Part shown: positions 27,605 to 38,135 of the stretch, piece by piece
How the letters are laid out: each line of letters starts with the position of its first letter
How positions within the stretch are numbered: the first letter of the stretch is position 1
The notes under the pieces: generated by a model
Told to the model about the DNA's origin: nothing
The model's database searches: none
Seen by the model: only the letters and a program-made list of their open reading frames with translations
Position numbers and translations under genes: made by a program
Assembly: GCF_964204645.1 (NCBI RefSeq)
Contig: NC_134035.1
Coordinates: forward strand, 6,719,101 to 6,783,100
Length of the DNA: 64,000 nt
Reading direction: 5' to 3'
From: Tubulanus polymorphus
Taxonomy: Eukaryota; Animalia; Nemertea

Positions 27605-28077
27605 AAAACCTATAAAATAGTAAGTTCACGTTTCTACTGGATTTACCTTTATTTCTAAAGCAATGGGATAATGCCCATGGAAAGACCAACCTAAAGTTCA
27701 AGGGGTACAACGTTTGAACCATCCTTTCATTAATGATTCTAATCACCTCATGTACTGAAGATGCCAAGTACAGTCAACCTCGCTTAATTTGTATCTCTTG
27801 GGACCGAAGTCTTTTCAACGAATTAAGACATTATACAGATTATATGTAATACCAAAAATTCATAGTCTTTATGAATTTTTGGTAGTACGTATTTTCTATG
27901 AATTATGTATGATTTGTAGAATTAACGATTTATCTATCAATTCGCATAAACTACGAATAAAAAAACCTGCCAAGAATCGTTTCCCTGACAGAAAAACCTC
28001 GCGTACCACGGCCATTTATTGTTTTAGACTTAACTGGCAGAAAATGTCGTGGCCGCGGCATGCTCGGTGGCATCGAA

Positions 28078-28422
28078 AATAGGCGTTTTTACGAGCATCC
28101 GATTTTTGCGATCGATTTTGTGAACAATTTGCTCCGATCGTGCGATCGAATCGGTCGTTCGTAAAAATGACGATAGTTTTGGCTTTTCAAATGACATAAA
28201 TCTGGCGACGTTGAGAAAAATTGTGTATCTTTTGAACTACCCGTAGCCGCCATCTTGGAAATCAAATTGCTCGCCGAGCGAGTTGGTCGATCGCAAAAAT
28301 CGATCGGAAATCGTGTTCGTAAAAACGCCGATCGTGAAATCGGTCGCAAAAATCGGTGCTCGTAAATGCGTTTCTCCGATCGATCGCAAAAATCTGATGC
28401 TCGTATCGTAAAAACGCCTATT
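28078..28422. mobile_element. Palindromic MITE rich in CGATCG, nested in another repeat
   Basis: AATAGGCGTTTTTACGA...TCGTAAAAACGCCTATT. The downstream flank (28423-28562) matches ~60868-61005. Confidence 0.75.
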
Positions 28423-30375
28423 GCCGCGCGGTACGAAACCCTGCCACACTAGACCGAGTCCGTTACTACACGCGCAGCTTAGATGATATCATTATCAGTC
28501 AATCAGATATCCCGTTTTATTTTAGCCCGGGTTTTCCCATTTATAGTTCTTCCCTGAAATTCAGATCCGATTCCCTGCCGTGGGAGGATGGCTCGGTGCC
28601 AATGCCTGGCATGTAATTGATAAGCTTGCCAATCACTGCCAGCAGCCTGAAAATGGGATACGAACTACGCGTTGCATTTTCAATTGTTTTTATGAAAAGG
28701 GACCGTGGATACCGCTACGAAATATGAAGTACGAATTATCCGATGGAAATTAAAGGAAATGTTGTGGTACAGAGTTCTTCTAATAGTTGTGTGGCTCCTT
28801 TCACTAAATGATGTTGACCAGCTTGTCTATTTGTCCTCAGCTATCTTTCTTTCTTGAGAGTTGAAACAAGTCTTCTTTACGACCACACTACTTCTTAATT
28901 TTCTCCTTCTTAGTGTTACATTACTTAATCTCTTTATCTCCCCAACTCTCTTAACTTCAAAAACCTTAGACTTATATACTATTTGGTACATTCTTTACAT
29001 TCCTATACCCTTACCTCACCCTCTTCTTTCCTACCCTATTTGGTATTATCAATCCTGGCTACTTCCATTCTACTCCCTCCTGTACTACAGTAACCATCAC
29101 TTAAAAGTCCTTACATATTAAATGTAGTAACTAAATGCTGTTCTTTCCTTTCATCATACTACCTCCTTGTAACCCGAGCCATTTGCCAGTGTGCGCACCA
29201 GCACATCTAGTGTGCGCTATTGTGCTCGCTGCACACACACACTATCTTTTTCCATACACATAAAACCCCAAACTATTGCTTCTACAGTGCACAAATAATA
29301 TTTATTTCTGTGAGAAAAATTTCCAAAAATTCGGCAGAAGAAAAATGTTAGGCCCTATAATAAAATAAGTCGGTTGAAAGAATTTTCTTTTTTTAAAGAT
29401 TTTTTCTTATTTTTTATTATACCCAGGAGATCATGCTTTCCTTACAGAACCAAAGATTCTGTCTAAATTTGTTTTTTTTTTCTGGATATGGCACCGAAAT
29501 AAGCGGCGCACGTGGCTAGCAGTACCAGCTTCCCTTATTTTTTGAGAGGGGGCGGTGACCAATTTCTTAACTGACCGCGATGTTTCCACTTTTCTCTGCG
29601 AGAGTCCGGGTCCGCGCTGCTGCGAGTACGCGCGTATTTCTCCATGAGATTCGAACCGGCGCGCTTGAACCCGATGCCGCGGCGGCGGCGCGTTCGTTTT
29701 CCTAAATTCGATCTCGTTGCTTAGGCGATTTTAAAATCTTCTTCTTCTTCCGATATCTGTCAACATCAACTGGTTGATGAAACACAGTGTATAGGTGTGC
29801 GCAAATAAATATATACAGACATTACTTATAAATTTAGTATTAATATGATAATAATGATAATAATAATAATAATAACAAGAGTTTTTAAGCTAAGCGGTGT
29901 GGGAGAGAAGAGTCTTAAAGGCTTCGATACTCTCCGCTGACACAGTATCTGCAGGTAGAGCGTTCCAATCATTTGACCAACGCGGTTCATTGTAGAAATA
30001 TTCGACGACTCAATCAAGATAGAATCTAAAATCACCCGCCCCACACGCGGTAGTCAATTTTACCAAATGCTGTCGTTTTTCCCTTTTAAAAGTGACGTAA
30101 TACTTCTTCCGGAACATCCCCCCCACGAAGTCGCGAATTTATTTTTCACAAGAGACCCGCGCATACGCATTAATGAAACCCGCGGCTATTGGATGATCCC
30201 AATCTTCATCGTCGATAAAAATGGCGGCTTTTTAAATAGTTTTTAATAGAGCCCAGAGCGTAAGGTTATGTTTACAGAATAAAAAGGGTCATAGTTAGGT
30301 TAGGAATGGAGTAGGCTAGGTTTATGGTTAGGCTAGGTTTAAGGGAAAAAACAGTAGGTTGTAAAAATGTAAATA

Positions 30376-30576
30376 AGTAATTAGAATATGTGGCTTTCAG
30401 GCCAGAGGACGAGAGGACGAGACACCACTCATCACCACAAGTAATTTTTTTCCTAACACTCATCACCACAAGTAATTTTTTTTCCTAATAAATGGGGGAG
30501 AATGAACACCAACTAGAAAACAATAATGTCAATAAGAATCAATATTATTGTCAATATTGTAAAAAATACATCGATA
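30376..30576 (+). repeat. Left terminal inverted repeat of the Polinton-like element
   Basis: Reverse complement of ~46838-47037; homology resumes at ~30864-30956 against ~46748-46840. Confidence 0.95.
30426..30494 (+). promoter_or_regulatory. Tandem CACTCATCACCACAAGTAATTTTTTT boxes + TAAATG initiator upstream of ZnF-PolB
   Basis: The same box recurs on the - strand at 35773-35810, 45988-46024, 46504-46541 and twice at 46920-46987, always leading into a start codon. Confidence 0.85.
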
Positions 30577-30800
30577 CATCTAATAAAACACGACATGAAA
30601 AAACTGCAAATCATATAAAAAATGTAATAGATTTTGAAACTCCAGAAAATTCCAATGAAAGAAAAGAACGATTAGAAAATATGAATGTGAATGAAATAAA
30701 ATGTGAAGTTTGTAATGAATTTATAGTAAAAAGGAAAAATAATAGACATCTCGAATCACAAAAACATTATAAAAATTTAAATAAAAATGTTTTGGATTAG
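30492..30800 (+). CDS. Two-C2H2 zinc-finger polypeptide, probably the frameshift-separated N-terminus of PolB
   Basis: CQYCKKYIDTSNKTRHEKTANH and CEVCNEFIVKRKNNRHLESQKH. Starts at TAAATG. The PolB frame is open from 30785. Confidence 0.75.
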   Translation: MGENEHQLENNNVNKNQYYCQYCKKYIDTSNKTRHEKTANHIKNVIDFETPENSNERKERLENMNVNEIKCEVCNEFIVKRKNNRHLESQKHYKNLNKNVLD

Positions 30801-30874
30801 AATATTTTGATAATAAACCTCAACAAGTAAAAGAATCAACTTCAAAAACTAAATCCATTTCAAATAAACCTTAC

Positions 30875-33800
30875 ATGGAAAATGTTAGAAATTATATTGA
30901 TTCACTAGAAATAAAAGATACAATTGAAATCTTAGAAACATTACATAGTAAAATTGGCCCTGCAGCTATTATATTTAGATTCTTTAAAGGTACAACAATA
31001 GAAGATTATAGTAAATTTAATGAAATAATAGAAAAAATACTAGATTTTATAACAGATGTTGAATATCCAAAAATTAGTATCTCTGGGAAAGTAAGTTTTA
31101 TAAAGTCAGAAGAAAAAATGGATTATAATATTCAAACACACTCTGAAGAAATAATTTCAAAAACACAAATAAAAGAGAAGTTAGAAAAAATATTAAATGA
31201 ATTTAAACGTCATATTGAAGAAAGATATTTTGAGGGTTCTGGCTTAACATTGAATGAAATTATATATTTAGATTTAAATGTTTATAATACAAAAAGAAAT
31301 AAAACATCAAAAAGTAATAAAATGTTTAAAAATGATTCAAACTTTATAACAGAAAAAGATATGAAAGCATCAAGTTATATCAAATTACCATTTATAACAA
31401 AAGCAGTAATAAATATTCAAAATGAAGATAATAAATGTTTTCTATGGTCAATTATTAGTTGCTTACATCCAACAGAAGAACATGTTTATAGAATAACAGA
31501 TTACCGGAAATATGAAACATTATATACAATTGATCAATATCCAGTAACTATAAAAATGATACCCAAAATAGAAAAAATTAATAATTTAAAAATAAATGTA
31601 TTCGAATTAATGCAATTACCAAAGACAAAAGGTGAAAATATTAAAGATTATACATTGGAAGCTTTATATTTAACAGAATATTATGATGATGAAAATGCTA
31701 TAGATTTGTTATATTACAAAAAAGATGAAAATGAACATTATATGTGGTTAAAACAAATTGATTTATTCTTTAGAACAGAAAGTGATCATCATCGTAAAAT
31801 TTATCTATGTAGAAAATGTTTATCTAAATTTATGACTGAGAATACATTATTAAAACATAAAGAATTATGTGATAATAAAGATTTTTGTAAATTAATAATG
31901 CCAACAGAAAAAGATTATAAATTGAAATTTACTAATCATAAATTTAAAAATATTGTTCCATTTGTAATTTATGGGGATTTTGAATCGTTGAATAAAGAAT
32001 TAACTGATCAAGATAGAAAAGAAATATATAACAAAAAGCAATTATTAAAATCAATGGATAAAGGAAATGATTTAAATGAAGACATAATACAAGACCCACC
32101 AATTATAAATACAATTAAAAAAGTTCATCAAAGAGCTGCTGCTTATGGAATTTATATAAAATCAAATTATCCCGAATTATATGAAAGTCAATATATTTCT
32201 TTTAGAGGTGAAAATGTAGTTAATGATTTTTGTGATAAAATTATTGAATTAGAAAGTGATTTTGCAAAATTATTAAACAAAAATAAAAGAATAGTTATGA
32301 CAAAAGAAGATGAAATTGATTTTAATTATGCAACTCATTGTTGTTATTGTGAAAAACGTTTTTATTCATTTGATAAAAGAGTTAGAGATCATGATCATTT
32401 AAATTCAAAATATCGTGGAGCTGCTCATGAAGATTGTAATTTACAAGCTAAAAAAGTAAATTTCGTACCAATATTATTTCATAATTTATCAGGCTATGAT
32501 ACCCATCTATTTATAAAACAATTATCGGGAAAGTTGGGCGCAATTAATCAAGAAATAGAAGAATATAATGCTATGAATGAAGAAAATGTAAGAAAATATG
32601 ATTTTAAACTATTAGCTAAAACATCTGAAAATTATATTTCATTTCAATTTGGTTGCATTAGATTTTTAGATTCTTATAGATTTCTAGCAAGTTCATTAGA
32701 TAATTTATCAAAATCATTAGTTGATAATGATTTTATTATAACTCGATATTATTATCCAAATGACCAAGATTTTAAATTATTGAGATATAAAGGCGCAATT
32801 CCTTATTCATTTTATAAAACACATGATGATTTTAATGTAACAGAATTATTAAAAGATCAATTTTATGATAAATTAAAAGAGGAGTATGTGAAAGACAAAG
32901 TTTTTGATAGAACATTAAATATTTGGAACCATTTTAAGATGAAAAATCATGGCGAATTAGTTGATTTATATTTAAAATCAGATGTTATGATATTGGCTGA
33001 CATATTTGAAAAGTTTAGAGAAGTTAATTTGAATCATTTTAATGTTGATCCTTGTTATTGCTACTCTAGTCCTGGTTTAACCTGGCAATGTGGTTTAAAA
33101 TATACAAATGTAGAATTAGATTTATTAAAAGAACCAGATATGGTTTTATTATTTGAAAAATCAATTAGAGGTGGAATTAGTGGTGTTATGGGAGATAGGT
33201 ATTTTAAAGCAAATGATGAATATAAATTATTATATATTGACGCCAATAATTTATATGGTTGGGCAATGATGCAACCTCAACCATATAAAAATTTTATATT
33301 AACAGAAGTTGAAAATGATGATAAAACTGATTGGGAAAGCGCAATTGCGAGTTTAAAAGATGAAGCACCAATTGGTTATTTCTTTGTAGTTGATTTAGAA
33401 TATCCTGAAAATATAATGTTTAAAACAAGAAACTTACCTTATTGCCCAGAACATTTAACTGTAGATGATAGTTATTTAAGTGAATACCAGAAGAAAATAA
33501 AACCGAAAGATCATGTTTTTACAGAAAAATTAATACTTACTCAAAATAATAAATATAATTATATTGTTCATTATAGAATGTTAAAATTTTATCTAAAACA
33601 AGGAATGAAATTAAAGAAAGTACATAGATATATTGAATTTAATCAATCGAAGTGGTTAGAAAAATATATAGATTTCAATACTCAACAGAGAACAATATCA
33701 AAAACTGATTTCGAAAAAGATTTTTTTAAATTGATGAACAATAGTTTTTATGGAAAAACTTGTGAAAACATAAGAAATAGAAATGATATTGAGTTAGTAA

Positions 33801-34489
33801 ATGATTATAAAAGATTAAGGCATTTACAATCAAGTCCTAGACATCTAGGAAATAAAAGATTTGAGGATTATTTGACCGCGGTAAAATTAAAAAGAACGTC
33901 AATGAAATTTAATAAACCCATTTTCATTGGTTCGACTGTTTTAGAAGTATCAAAGCTATTGATGTATGAATTCTATTACAATGTATTACAACCTCATTTT
34001 GGAGAAAAACACATAGAAATCTTATATTTTGATACTGACGCGTACATATTAAAGATAAAAACTGATAACATAACAAAAGACTTAAAAACATTGAAACATT
34101 ATTTCGACTTTAGCAATTACCCTAAAGATCATGAATTGTTTAGTAATGATAATAAAAAGATTCCTGGTAAGTTTAAAGATGAATTAGGGGGTGATGAAAT
34201 GATTGAATTTGTTGGGATAAGAAGTAAAATGTATAGTTACAGAACAAAAGATCATGAAGCTAAAAAGTTAAAAGGAATAACAAAACATGTGGTTGATAAA
34301 CATATAGAATTTCAAGATTATATAAAGTGTTTATATAAATCAATTGTAATGAAACACAAAATGAATTGTTTAAGATCAGAAGATCATGAGATGTACATTA
34401 ATGAAGTTGAAAAAACTAGTTTAAATCCATTTGATGATAAAAGGCATATTTTAGATGATGGTATAAAAACATTACCTTATGGCCATTAA
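30875..34489 (+). CDS. Protein-primed family B DNA polymerase (pPolB)
   Basis: ExoI YGDFES, ExoII FHNLSGYD, ExoIII YLKSDV, pol motifs YIDANNLYGWAM, KLMNNSFYGK, YFDTDA, KMY and KGI. Inserted EndoVII-like Zn finger (CCYC...VRDHDH...YRGAAHEDCN) and N-terminal NEDNKCFLWS...HY segment typical of Polinton PolB. Confidence 0.97.
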   Translation: MENVRNYIDSLEIKDTIEILETLHSKIGPAAIIFRFFKGTTIEDYSKFNEIIEKILDFITDVEYPKISISGKVSFIKSEEKMDYNIQTHSEEIISKTQIKEKLEKILNEFKRHIEERYFEGSGLTLNEIIYLDLNVYNTKRNKTSKSNKMFKNDSNFITEKDMKASSYIKLPFITKAVINIQNEDNKCFLWSIISCLHPTEEHVYRITDYRKYETLYTIDQYPVTIKMIPKIEKINNLKINVFELMQLPKTKGENIKDYTLEALYLTEYYDDENAIDLLYYKKDENEHYMWLKQIDLFFRTESDHHRKIYLCRKCLSKFMTENTLLKHKELCDNKDFCKLIMPTEKDYKLKFTNHKFKNIVPFVIYGDFESLNKELTDQDRKEIYNKKQLLKSMDKGNDLNEDIIQDPPIINTIKKVHQRAAAYGIYIKSNYPELYESQYISFRGENVVNDFCDKIIELESDFAKLLNKNKRIVMTKEDEIDFNYATHCCYCEKRFYSFDKRVRDHDHLNSKYRGAAHEDCNLQAKKVNFVPILFHNLSGYDTHLFIKQLSGKLGAINQEIEEYNAMNEENVRKYDFKLLAKTSENYISFQFGCIRFLDSYRFLASSLDNLSKSLVDNDFIITRYYYPNDQDFKLLRYKGAIPYSFYKTHDDFNVTELLKDQFYDKLKEEYVKDKVFDRTLNIWNHFKMKNHGELVDLYLKSDVMILADIFEKFREVNLNHFNVDPCYCYSSPGLTWQCGLKYTNVELDLLKEPDMVLLFEKSIRGGISGVMGDRYFKANDEYKLLYIDANNLYGWAMMQPQPYKNFILTEVENDDKTDWESAIASLKDEAPIGYFFVVDLEYPENIMFKTRNLPYCPEHLTVDDSYLSEYQKKIKPKDHVFTEKLILTQNNKYNYIVHYRMLKFYLKQGMKLKKVHRYIEFNQSKWLEKYIDFNTQQRTISKTDFEKDFFKLMNNSFYGKTCENIRNRNDIELVNDYKRLRHLQSSPRHLGNKRFEDYLTAVKLKRTSMKFNKPIFIGSTVLEVSKLLMYEFYYNVLQPHFGEKHIEILYFDTDAYILKIKTDNITKDLKTLKHYFDFSNYPKDHELFSNDNKKIPGKFKDELGGDEMIEFVGIRSKMYSYRTKDHEAKKLKGITKHVVDKHIEFQDYIKCLYKSIVMKHKMNCLRSEDHEMYINEVEKTSLNPFDDKRHILDDGIKTLPYGH

Positions 34490-35775
34490 AACATAAAATC
34501 AATATCATCAAACTCGAAATCGTTATTAGCTTCTTCATTTTCAGGTTCTTCTTCCATTCCATTTTTCTCATTTAAATAAAGTTCTATCTTGTTCCACATT
34601 TCATCTCGCTCTCTTTGTTTCTTTTTGTTTGTTAATTCATCAAATGGAATTATAATATCTAGGTTTAAATAATTTACAATCTTATTTAAAAAAAATTCAT
34701 AATTTATTGAATCTGTTATTCTATTTTCTAAATGATACATTAATATTTGTTTAAATATTTTTTTTATATTTTCCATATCTTCTTCTGTTAATTTAGGTTT
34801 TTCATAATAATCGTTAAATAATAAATATAAATACATTTTCTTTTGTTTTGTGTTAAATGTTGGTGGAATAATTGTTTTTATAATATCTTTTTGAGTTATT
34901 TCACCATTTTTATTTTCTATTATTTTCATTTTTTCAAGCCATTGCATATATTCTGGTGTATGATCTTCTATAGAAAATATTTTAAAAATTTCATCAAGAT
35001 AATTTAATTTTGGATCTATAAGAAAATTTCTAGTTTTTTCTTCATCCCATAAATTCTTTTGCCATCCACAATCAACACAAAATAACACAGTACCTTCTTG
35101 TCTTAAGGTCGCATAACTACATTGTGGACATTTTTGTTTATAATTTATTGGTAATAGATCTTCATTAAGCTCTTGGTATTTTCTTACGTTTTCTTTGTGT
35201 TTTATTGTTCTATTATGTAGATTTGAATTACTTGTTGTAATAATCAATTTACAATATTTACAATAATATGTTTTTCTTGTTAATTCATTATATTGTTTTT
35301 CTAACTTTTCAACTGTTTCTTCATTATCTGGTAACGTTTTCTCATATTTTATTTTTTCTAATAAATTATTTTTTCTTTCATTGAATTCAGTTTCAAATTT
35401 ATTAGAAATTTTATCTATGTGTGCTTTACTAAATTGATGATTCTCCCAATCTTCTATATTGTCAGGGCTATATTTTACTTGACAAGGCTCACAGAAATTA
35501 TTCTTTACATTATTCTTGTTATAAAATAAGAAAGGTCTTTTCCAAATAACTTCAGGTTCAACTTCAGCAGAATTATTATCAACATTAGCTGTTGCCCCAT
35601 TAATTCTACACTTCTCTGAATGTTTTTTAACATAATTTCTTGAGAATAATTGATTACATTTTGGACAGTTTATTTTAGGGGGTTTATAATTTTCATCATG
35701 TTTTTTCATATGTCGAGCCTTATTACTTTTTCTTAGAAGTTCACCACAAATTTCACATGCTATCTTCTCATCCAT
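34486..35775 (-). CDS. Multi-zinc-finger protein with a C-terminal poxvirus A2L/VLTF3-like late transcription factor domain
   Basis: Several N-terminal CxxC...H fingers, then CPQC-x13-CVDC, KTRNFLIDPKLNYL, EKPKLTEEDMENIKKIFKQI, SINYEFFLNKI and DEMWNKI, colinear with the VLTF3 pattern as I recall it. Confidence 0.72.
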   Translation of the reverse strand: MDEKIACEICGELLRKSNKARHMKKHDENYKPPKINCPKCNQLFSRNYVKKHSEKCRINGATANVDNNSAEVEPEVIWKRPFLFYNKNNVKNNFCEPCQVKYSPDNIEDWENHQFSKAHIDKISNKFETEFNERKNNLLEKIKYEKTLPDNEETVEKLEKQYNELTRKTYYCKYCKLIITTSNSNLHNRTIKHKENVRKYQELNEDLLPINYKQKCPQCSYATLRQEGTVLFCVDCGWQKNLWDEEKTRNFLIDPKLNYLDEIFKIFSIEDHTPEYMQWLEKMKIIENKNGEITQKDIIKTIIPPTFNTKQKKMYLYLLFNDYYEKPKLTEEDMENIKKIFKQILMYHLENRITDSINYEFFLNKIVNYLNLDIIIPFDELTNKKKQRERDEMWNKIELYLNEKNGMEEEPENEEANNDFEFDDIDFMF

Positions 35776-35835
35776 TTATTAGGGAAAAAAATTACTTGTG
35801 GTGATGAGTGTAATTTTTTTATGTTATAAATAATG
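35773..35835. promoter_or_regulatory. Compact divergent promoter between the VLTF3-like gene and the structural gene block
   Basis: A - strand box-type promoter sits back to back with + strand TAATTTTTTTATGTTATAAATAATG. Confidence 0.75.
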
Positions 35836-36629
35836 GTAGAATTAAAAGAATACAGAATATTTGTTGATTCAAGAAGACTTACAAATTATAAATCTCATAA
35901 TTTATTAGTTAAATTAGATAGAGAATTTAAGAATTGTGTAGATTTAAAATTAGTAAATATAAGTTTATGTAATTCTTTTTATAATATATCAGATAAAACT
36001 GATGAACATAGAAGCCTTCTTATTTTTGATAAACTTGAAAAAAATGGATTCAACTTATGCTTACACCAGGATTATATGATTTAGAAACATTAGCGCAAGA
36101 AATTAATAGAAAAGCTCGGATTAGATTAGGTAATGGTAATTCCAAATTTAATATTAAATTCATAAAAAGTGAGAGCTTTAATAAAATTAAAATAAAGCTT
36201 GATGATGAACTTATTAAACTTGATAAATCTGATCCATTGATGACAAGAAGACATACTTACACGGTAAAAAAACCTATAGCTAAACTATTAGGAATTACTC
36301 CAAATCAATTTGGTGGAAACAAACACGGTAACTCAAATATAATACCTTTTACACACTTTTATATTTATTGCAATTTAATCGATCCTACAAAAACATTCGA
36401 AGCAACTAAAGATACAACATGTAATTCTAGTATATTAAACATTTTACCGCTAAAAAATGTTAAACAATTTGGAACGCAAATAAATTATAATTTAACTGAA
36501 TGTGATTTCAAACCTTGTATTCCTAAATTTAATAATTTTAAATTAGAAATAAGAAATCATAATGGATACTTAATTGATTTGAACAACTTTCCTGTAATTT
36601 ATGAATTAGTTATAAGATGTAAAGAGTAA
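35833..36629 (+). pseudogene. Minor capsid protein (penton, single jelly-roll), split by a -1 frameshift at the A7 run 36038-36044
   Basis: N-terminal IFVDSRR...LVNISLCNSFYNI, central PGLYDLETLAQEIN, FYIYCNLI, and C-terminal FKLEIRNHNGYLIDLNNFPVIYELVI follow the Polinton/PLV penton pattern. One extra A joins ORFs 35833-36084 and 36057-36629. Confidence 0.75.
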
Positions 36630-36645
36630 TTTTTTCACTATATAA

Positions 36646-37002
36646 ATGAATATAACTGTTGGACCGAGTATATGTTTTGGGTTTGATTTTAAACGTGAGA
36701 AAGAAATGAAATTTAACATTAATGATGTAATAACACATATCAAAAATGTTGTATTTTCTAATGAAACAACATTTGAGTATGAAACAACAATTGATAAAGA
36801 AACTTTAAATGTAGAAAAGATTACTAATTTAATTAGAGAATCTTTAAGATTTTATGAATTAGATGAAGATTTTATAATCGATGATATTAAAAAAATAATA
36901 ATTGAAATATATACAAATGAAACTAGTAATAAAATAAATGTTGAAATAATCATAAATAAGTTAACTAAATATTTTGAAGATAGTAATTTTTTTGATAAAT
37001 AA
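36646..37002 (+). CDS. Hypothetical viral protein (118 aa)
   Basis: TAAATG start, tightly packed in the gene array; no motif recognised. Confidence 0.7.
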   Translation: MNITVGPSICFGFDFKREKEMKFNINDVITHIKNVVFSNETTFEYETTIDKETLNVEKITNLIRESLRFYELDEDFIIDDIKKIIIEIYTNETSNKINVEIIINKLTKYFEDSNFFDK

Positions 37003-37224
37003 ATGAGTGATAATAAGTGGATAATAACTGGATTATATAATGGTGCATTACTATCAGTTGGAACGGTTGGTTATTCAATGGTATTAAAAAAAGTATTCAA
37101 AATGGGAAGTGTTAATGTTGATAGATTTGATATAAATGATATTTTAAAGTTAACGTTAGCAGTTACTTTATCTAATTTAACTATTGATTATTTGGAAAAA
37201 CAAAAATATATTCCTCCCATATAA
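37003..37224 (+). CDS. Small hydrophobic viral protein (73 aa)
   Basis: TAAATG start abutting the previous stop; two hydrophobic stretches. Confidence 0.7.
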   Translation: MSDNKWIITGLYNGALLSVGTVGYSMVLKKVFKMGSVNVDRFDINDILKLTLAVTLSNLTIDYLEKQKYIPPI

Positions 37225-37248
37225 ATGCATAATTTTTTTGTTAAATAA

Positions 37249-37671
37249 ATGGCTTCTGCAATTATAACTATTATAGGATCGGCAATCGTTAACGCTTTAG
37301 CATTTACAGGTGGTGGTTATTTATTTAAACATATTGATAAAAATAGTTCATTAGGAGAACAAAGAAGACATAATTTAGCGTTAGAGAAATACAATAAAGC
37401 AGCAGAAGAATATAGAGAAAAAAGACAAAACTATATGGATTACATCAATAAAGAATTATATGATCAGAAGATTTCACATAGAGATTTTCAATCAGTTGAT
37501 GATGCAATGAGTTTATATAACGCAGTAACAAATAAAGAAAAATTACATCTATACAAACCCAAATTATCAGATTATTATACCCCAAGTAAAGAACAACAGA
37601 AATATGAAATAATATGGATTTTAGGTGGAACTGTTATTGTTATATTTGTTGCTTATAAGTTTACTAATTAG
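37249..37671 (+). CDS. Membrane-associated viral protein (140 aa)
   Basis: Hydrophobic N-terminus (MASAIITIIGSAIVNALAFTGGG), coiled coil, C-terminal TM (IIWILGGTVIVIFVAY). Confidence 0.78.
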   Translation: MASAIITIIGSAIVNALAFTGGGYLFKHIDKNSSLGEQRRHNLALEKYNKAAEEYREKRQNYMDYINKELYDQKISHRDFQSVDDAMSLYNAVTNKEKLHLYKPKLSDYYTPSKEQQKYEIIWILGGTVIVIFVAYKFTN

Positions 37672-37690
37672 TAATTTTTATTCTAAATAA

Positions 37691-38119
37691 ATGGAAGATA
37701 AAGTTGATAGTATTGATATTATTCCTCATGATATAAATAAAACTAAATTAAAAACATATTTAGAAAAACAAATATTAGAATTTGAAAGTGACTTAAAGAT
37801 AAAAAAGAAAAAATATTTAAAAAGTAAAATTATATATTATATAAGTGGTTCGGTTACAATTAGTTCTGTAATAACATTTCTAGCAATATTCAGTCCATTA
37901 ACACCTTTAGCTATATCAATTGGTGTATTAGGATTAAGTTCAAGTGTTTTAACTGGTATAAGTTCAAAATTAAATATAAAAAGTAATAAAGAAAAAATCA
38001 AAACTAATATAAAAGAAATTAATAAATTAAAGAATACACTAGATTATATAATAAGTTTAAATGGTCATATAACAGTTGAAGAACAAGATAAATTATTAAA
38101 AGAATTAATAAATTATTAA
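37691..38119 (+). CDS. Two-TM coiled-coil viral protein (142 aa)
   Basis: Hydrophobic hairpin IIYYISGSVTISSVITFLAIF-SPLTP-LAISIGVLGLSSSVLTGI flanked by charged helices. Confidence 0.78.
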   Translation: MEDKVDSIDIIPHDINKTKLKTYLEKQILEFESDLKIKKKKYLKSKIIYYISGSVTISSVITFLAIFSPLTPLAISIGVLGLSSSVLTGISSKLNIKSNKEKIKTNIKEINKLKNTLDYIISLNGHITVEEQDKLLKELINY

Positions 38120-38135
38120 TTTTTTAATTATATAA

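Noticed and set aside
28770-29170. Possible non-LTR retrotransposon remnant on the - strand
   Set aside because: The purine bias is suggestive, but I could not recover a convincing motif.
30770-30785. Slippery heptamers A AAT TTA / T TTA AAT as a programmed frameshift joining ZnF to PolB
   Set aside because: A -1 shift at either site meets TAA at 30782-30784 immediately; the join must lie just after it.
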